Shown piece by piece: positions 18,890 to 24,000 of a DNA stretch of 24,000 nt. The notes under the pieces are model-generated. The model saw nothing but the letters and a program-made list of their open reading frames with translations, was not told the origin of the DNA and ran no database searches. Origin of the DNA: Curvibacter lanceolatus ATCC 14669 (GTDB taxonomy: Bacteria > Pseudomonadota > Gammaproteobacteria > Burkholderiales > Burkholderiaceae_C); contig NZ_KB906286.1 of NCBI RefSeq assembly GCF_000381265.1, positions 3,495-27,494 on the forward strand. The letters run 5' to 3'. A program made the translations under genes and the position numbers. Each line of letters begins with the position of its first letter. Position 1 is the stretch's first letter.

Positions 18890-19441
18890 ATGAATACATC
18901 CCATCCCAATCAACAGGCCTGGCAAGCGCCTGACCCAGGCGCCGCCGTGCGCCCCACGGCCCGCTTCATGGGGTCGCACCCGGCCCACATCATTGCGCTC
19001 GGTCTGGGCTCAGGCCTGAGCCCGGTGGCCCCGGGCACGGTGGGCACGCTGTGGGCCTGGGCGGCCTACCTGCTGCTGCAGCTGTGGCTCACGCCGGGGC
19101 AGATCGGGGTGCTGATCGCCGTATCCACCGTGGTGGGCTGGTGGGCCTGCACCGTCACGGCGCGCCATCTCAACACCCTGGACCCCGGCAACATCGTGTG
19201 GGACGAGGTGGTCGCTTTCTGGCTGGTGCTGTGGCTGGTCATGCCCGCCAGCCTGAGCGGGCAGCTGGTGGCCTTTGCCCTGTTCCGATTCTTTGATGCC
19301 GCCAAGCCCGGCCCGGTGGGCTGGGCCGACAATCTGTGGCATGGCTTCGGGCCCAAAGGGGGCTTCGGCATCTTGTTCGATGATCTGGTGGCGGCGTTCT
19401 GCACCCTGTTGGTCATCGCCCTCTGGAGGTTTTTTGCATGA
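18890..19441 (+). CDS. pgpA: phosphatidylglycerophosphatase A
   Basis: LGLGSGLSPVAPGTVGTL, IVWDEVVAFW, FRFFDAAKPGPVGWAD and ILFDDLVAA are PgpA signatures. Confidence 0.88.
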   Translation: MNTSHPNQQAWQAPDPGAAVRPTARFMGSHPAHIIALGLGSGLSPVAPGTVGTLWAWAAYLLLQLWLTPGQIGVLIAVSTVVGWWACTVTARHLNTLDPGNIVWDEVVAFWLVLWLVMPASLSGQLVAFALFRFFDAAKPGPVGWADNLWHGFGPKGGFGILFDDLVAAFCTLLVIALWRFFA

Positions 19442-19944
19442 CACAGCCGATCACTTTCGACCACGGGGCCGCCACCACAGCGCTGGCCCAAACCCTGCGC
19501 CAGCAGGGCCTGAAGCTGGCCACTGCCGAAAGCTGCACCGGCGGCCTGATCGCGGCGGCCTGCACCGAGCTGGCCGGCTCCAGCGACTGGTTCGAGCGCG
19601 GGGTGGTGAGCTACTCGAACGACGCCAAGACCGAACTGCTGGGCGTGCCGGAGGCGCTGATCGCCCAGCACGGGGCCGTCAGCGAGCCCGTGGCCCGGGC
19701 CATGGCCGAAGGGGCTCTGCGCCATGGCAGGGCCCAGGTATCGGTGGCCGTGACCGGTGTGGCCGGTCCCAGCGGCGGCAGCGCGGCCAAGCCGGTGGGC
19801 ACGGTGTGGTTCGGCTTTTCAGTGCACGGCCAGACCCACAGCGAAGTACAGCGCTTTGACGGCAACCGGGCGGCGGTGCGGCAGGCCACGGTGGCCCACG
19901 CCTTGCAGCGCCTGCTGGAATTGCTGGGCGCCCACAGCGGCTGA
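19438..19944 (+). CDS. pncC: CinA-family nicotinamide-nucleotide amidohydrolase (PncC domain)
   Basis: ATAESCTGGLIAAACTELAGSSDWFERGVVSYSNDAKTELLGV and AVTGVAGPSGG are CinA C-terminal-domain motifs. The ATG overlaps the pgpA stop (ATGA). Confidence 0.9.
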   Translation: MTQPITFDHGAATTALAQTLRQQGLKLATAESCTGGLIAAACTELAGSSDWFERGVVSYSNDAKTELLGVPEALIAQHGAVSEPVARAMAEGALRHGRAQVSVAVTGVAGPSGGSAAKPVGTVWFGFSVHGQTHSEVQRFDGNRAAVRQATVAHALQRLLELLGAHSG

Positions 19945-19965
19945 GCCGCTGCGCGCCTTCAGGGC

Positions 19966-20970
19966 TCAGGCCGCCAGGGCCTCAGGCGCCTCCGCCAGGG
20001 GCAAGCGCATCGTCACCAGCGACTGGCGCACGGCCAGCTCGAAGGGCGTGCGGGGTTCCGCCCCCAGCCGCTGCACCAGCCGTGTGTTGTCCAGGCGGTG
20101 CGGAGTGCTGAACAGGTAACTGGTCTGGGCGATCGTGGCCAGGGTGGCGGAGGCCAGGCCGAACAGGCGAAAGAACCACACCGGCACGCGACGTACCGCC
20201 AGGTCCTGCCCGGGCTGCAACCAGCCCTGCTCCTGCGCCACCTGGCTGAGCACCGCCAACCACTGGCGGGCGCTGACCTGGTGCCCGGCAAAATGGAAGG
20301 TTTCGAAAGGCGCCAGATCGTTGCGCTCGGCCAGCATCACCAGGGTCCGGGCCAGATCGGGCAGGTAGGCCCAAGGGGTGCTCACGTCCAGGTCGCCCAT
20401 CCACGAGGCCTTTCCCCGCGGCAGTTGCGGGGCCACCATCTTGTCCAGAAAAGTGCCCTCGCTGGCACCGAAGAAGTTGCCGGCCCGCAGCACCACGGCC
20501 CGCATCGCGCCGCCCGAGTCTTTGACCGCCTGGGCCATCTGCTGCTCCAGGGCGACACGGATGCGCCCCAGCTCATGCCGGGGGCGCTGCGGCGTGGCTT
20601 CTTGCAACACGGCCGGCATGTCTTCACCGTAGTTGTAGACATTGCCCGGCAGCATGAGCGTGGCGCGCAACTCGGTCGCCAGCGCCAACGCCGCGGCCAT
20701 CAGGCGCGGCGCCTGCTCACGCCAGGCAGCCACGGTGTAGGCCGGGTTCAGGGCATGCACCACGACCCGGGCGCCGCGGGCCGCTGCGGCCAGGCCTGCC
20801 GTGTCCTGCAGATCGTGGGCCAACCATTGCACCCCGGGCACGACAGGCGCGGTGGCGCCGGGTCGGATCTGCCCCAAGACGCGCCAACCGGCCTGGGCAA
20901 AGGCGCGGGCCGCGGCCAGGCCCGGGCGCCCACGGGCGCCCAGGATGAGAACAGTGGAAGGACGGGTCAT
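19966..20970 (-). CDS. NAD(P)-dependent epimerase/dehydratase-type SDR-family oxidoreductase
   Basis: From ATG 20970 the protein reads MTRPSTVLILGARGRPGLAAARAFAQAGWRV, a Rossmann glycine motif at the N-terminus. It is about 334 aa. The tracked start at 21033 adds 21 residues upstream. Confidence 0.75.
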   Translation of the reverse strand: MTRPSTVLILGARGRPGLAAARAFAQAGWRVLGQIRPGATAPVVPGVQWLAHDLQDTAGLAAAARGARVVVHALNPAYTVAAWREQAPRLMAAALALATELRATLMLPGNVYNYGEDMPAVLQEATPQRPRHELGRIRVALEQQMAQAVKDSGGAMRAVVLRAGNFFGASEGTFLDKMVAPQLPRGKASWMGDLDVSTPWAYLPDLARTLVMLAERNDLAPFETFHFAGHQVSARQWLAVLSQVAQEQGWLQPGQDLAVRRVPVWFFRLFGLASATLATIAQTSYLFSTPHRLDNTRLVQRLGAEPRTPFELAVRQSLVTMRLPLAEAPEALAA

Positions 20971-21056
20971 GTGAACGCTCCAGAAACGATGAGGGAATGG
21001 GGCGATTGTTGAAAACCCCAGGAGATCACACAATTGCCTATCGATTCATAACAGGA

Positions 21057-21070
21057 ATTCAATTTTGAAT
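21057..21070. promoter_or_regulatory. 14-bp perfect palindrome overlapping the LysR start codon (candidate operator)
   Basis: ATTCAATTTTGAAT covers the TTG start (21065) of the LysR gene, within the SDR/LysR divergent region. Confidence 0.35.
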
Positions 21071-21949
21071 ACCTCCTTCGACTGGGGCCTGGTGCGCTCC
21101 TTCCTCGCGGCCCTGGAGCACGGCAGCCTGCTGGGTGCGGCTCGGGCGCTGCAGGCCAGCCAGCCGACCCTGGGGCGGCACATTGCCGAGTTGGAGTCGC
21201 AGCTGGGGGTGCTGCTGTTTGAGCGCACCGGGCGCGGCCTGCGCCCCACCGAGGCGGCACGGCAACTGGCGGAGTCCGCCCGGCTGATGGAAGCCGGAGC
21301 CCACCAGTTGGCACGGGCAGCCTCACGCACCGACGAGATGATCTCGGGAACGGTGCGCATCACGGCCAGCCAGCCGGTGGCCTGCTACCTGTTGCCCCCC
21401 GTGCTGGCGCGCCTGAGGCAGCAACACCCCGGGATCCAGGTGGAACTGGTGTCCAGCAACGAGGTGTCCAACCTGTTGCGGCGCGAGGCCGACATCGCGC
21501 TGCGCATGGTGCGCCCCGACCAGGGCAGCCTGGTGGCCCAGTTGATTGGCGAGGTGCCCTTGTGTGCCTGCGCCAGCCAAGGCTACCTGCAGCGGCGTGG
21601 CACGCCCTTGGAGCCCGCCGATCTGCTCGGCCACGAGTTGATCGGGAGCGACCGGCACGATCTGCTGCTCAAGGGCTTTGCGGCCATGGGCTACCCGGTG
21701 ACACCGGCGCATTTCGCGTTCCGCACCGATGACCTGATCGCCACTTGGGAGGCTGTGCGCGCGGGCCTGGGCATCGGCTTCACGGCGCAGTACCTGCTGC
21801 GCCAGGACGCGCGGGTGCAGCGGGTGCTGCCGCAATTGCCGATTCCTGCGCTGCCCATGTGGCTGGCCGTTCACCAAGAGATCCGCACCAGCCGTCGCAT
21901 CCGGACGGTGTACGATTTCCTTGCCGCCGAGATGCCCGGGCAGTTCTGA
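21065..21949 (+). CDS. LysR-family transcriptional regulator
   Basis: FDWGLVRSFLAALEHGSLLGAARALQASQPTLGRHIAELESQLGVLLFERTGRGLRPT is a LysR HTH, followed by a substrate-binding domain. The start is an apparent TTG, with AGGA 7 nt upstream. It is divergent from the SDR gene. Confidence 0.85.
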   Translation: MNTSFDWGLVRSFLAALEHGSLLGAARALQASQPTLGRHIAELESQLGVLLFERTGRGLRPTEAARQLAESARLMEAGAHQLARAASRTDEMISGTVRITASQPVACYLLPPVLARLRQQHPGIQVELVSSNEVSNLLRREADIALRMVRPDQGSLVAQLIGEVPLCACASQGYLQRRGTPLEPADLLGHELIGSDRHDLLLKGFAAMGYPVTPAHFAFRTDDLIATWEAVRAGLGIGFTAQYLLRQDARVQRVLPQLPIPALPMWLAVHQEIRTSRRIRTVYDFLAAEMPGQF

Positions 21950-21989
21950 TGCCGCGCCAGCCTTCGGCCTACCCACAGGAAACCGCACC

Positions 21990-22472
21990 ATGACCCACCG
22001 CAACGCCGAGACGCTGCAGCGCTTCTACACGGCCTTCAGCCAGCTGGACCACGCCACCATGGCGCAGTGCTATGCGCCGGATGCCCGCTTTGACGACGAA
22101 GCGTTTTCCTTGCAGGGCCAGGCCCAGATCGCGGGCATGTGGCGCATGCTGTGCAGTGCCGCCCAAAAGAGCAAGCCCGGGGCCTGGCGGATCGAATTCA
22201 GCGACGTCCAGGCCGATGACCAGGGCGGCCAGGCCCATTGGGAGGCGCACTACGTGTTCAGCGCCACCGGCCGCCCGGTGCACAACATCATCGACGCGCG
22301 CTTCACCTTCACCTCGGAGGGCTTGATCGCCAGCCACCGCGACCGCTTCGGGTTCTGGCGCTGGGCGCGCCAGGCCCTGGGGCTGCCGGGCCTGCTGCTG
22401 GGCTGGTCGCCCTCACTCAAGCGCAAGGTGCGCAGCACGGCAGCAGCCAACCTCAAGAAGTTTCTGGGCTGA
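21990..22472 (+). CDS. NTF2-like (SnoaL-type) family protein
   Basis: From ATG 21990 (AGGAAA upstream) the protein reads MTHRNAETLQRFYTAFSQLDHATMAQCYAPDARFDDEAF, the usual opening of SnoaL/NTF2-like domains. It is about 160 aa. Confidence 0.7.
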   Translation: MTHRNAETLQRFYTAFSQLDHATMAQCYAPDARFDDEAFSLQGQAQIAGMWRMLCSAAQKSKPGAWRIEFSDVQADDQGGQAHWEAHYVFSATGRPVHNIIDARFTFTSEGLIASHRDRFGFWRWARQALGLPGLLLGWSPSLKRKVRSTAAANLKKFLG

Positions 22473-22516
22473 GCCCGGGACGGGCCGGCCTGACCGGCTC
22501 CGTCATGCGACGGTGC

Positions 22517-23374
<858 letters not shown>

Positions 23375-23543
23375 GTCGGGGGGCGTCAAGACGCATCAGG
23401 ATGAACAGAGCGGGCGGCGCCCGAATCCTCGGCGACAGACCGTATGATCGGTCGGCCAAGGGGCCGGGACAAAACACCGCGTTGGTGCAGCAGTTTACCG
23501 GCCCTGCCCTCCGGGCACGCGCCAAACCCGTTCAGGAGCCTCC

Positions 23544-24000
23544 ATGCTGAAGCAGCTCAACGCCATCTACCCCGTGCGCTATACCGCCTTCGCTCTGTGC
23601 GCAGGGGCCCTGGCCCTGAGCCTGTTCGCCTGGCAACAGCAGGCCCTGGGTCCCGAGTGGGCCGTGCTGTCGGGGGCCCTGTTTGCCCTGGGGGTGTACG
23701 ACCTGCTGCAGCAACGGCATTCGGTGCTGCGCAACTACCCTGTGATCGGCCATCTGCGCTTTGTGCTGGAGTACATCCGGCCCGAGATCCGCCAGTACTT
23801 CATCGAAAGCGACAACGAGGCCAGCCCGTTCTCCCGCGCCCAGCGCACCCTGGTGTACCAGCGCGCCAAGGGCGACCCCGACAACCGGCCGTTCGGCACC
23901 CTGCTCGACGTAGGCCAGCGCGGCTACGAATGGATCAACCACTCGGTGGCCCCCACCGAACTGCCCAGCCACGACTTCCGCATCACCATCGGGCCCAACA
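23544..24000 (+). CDS. FMN-binding glutamate synthase family protein, 5' part (continues beyond the window)
   Basis: This ORF is not in the track because it has no stop in the window. ATG 23544 has CAGGAG upstream. It reads MLKQLNAIYPVRYTAFALCAGALALSLFAW...HSVLRNYPVIGHLRFVLEYIRPEIRQYFIESDNEASPFSR, which I recognise as the membrane-anchored N-terminus of GltB-domain-2-like proteins. Confidence 0.7.
   Translation, partial: MLKQLNAIYPVRYTAFALCAGALALSLFAWQQQALGPEWAVLSGALFALGVYDLLQQRHSVLRNYPVIGHLRFVLEYIRPEIRQYFIESDNEASPFSRAQRTLVYQRAKGDPDNRPFGTLLDVGQRGYEWINHSVAPTELPSHDFRITIGPN

Overview
This window is a high-GC (by eye roughly 65-70%) betaproteobacterial chromosome segment, Burkholderiales-like, and mostly housekeeping. 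I see no tRNA, rRNA, CRISPR array, transposase, integrase, phage gene or recognisable defence gene.

Gene content, left to right:
- Minus strand: a tryptophan operon, trpE-trpG-(LysE-family exporter)-trpD-(45-codon membrane mini-ORF)-trpC, followed by the start of another gene at the left edge.
- Plus strand: a periplasmic chalcone-isomerase-fold protein and a 4HB/HAMP methyl-accepting chemotaxis protein that ends in a DWTSF tether motif.
- Minus strand: gph.
- Plus strand: a CpdB-like lipoprotein nucleotidase, translationally coupled to a membrane-anchored Sel1-repeat protein.
- Minus strand: rpe.
- Plus strand: apaG, a COG4389/PF10136-like polytopic membrane protein (usually annotated 'site-specific recombinase'), a double-PAS LuxR-type regulator and thiL.
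- A tautomerase-like gene (minus) and a frameshifted LysR gene (plus), sitting between thiL and pgpA-pncC.
- An SDR gene divergent from a LysR gene, then an NTF2-like gene, yecA, and the 5' end of an FMN-binding glutamate-synthase-family gene.

The best-supported unusual observations are:
1. A +1 frameshift inside a C7 homopolymer that breaks the LysR gene at 17929-18841.
2. The usually contiguous rpe-gph-trpE and thiL-pgpA blocks are each split by small two-gene modules.
3. A small transmembrane ORF exactly fills the trpD-trpC gap and overlaps the trpC start.
4. An exporter gene is embedded in the trp operon.
5. The trpE leader is structured, carries a W-P-W mini-ORF, and has no canonical terminator.
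6. The intergenic region upstream of thiL is long, structured and comparatively AT-rich.

I cannot point to a convincing complete novel system. The candidates below are hypotheses. The many long antisense ORFs in the track are shadow ORFs typical of high-GC DNA.
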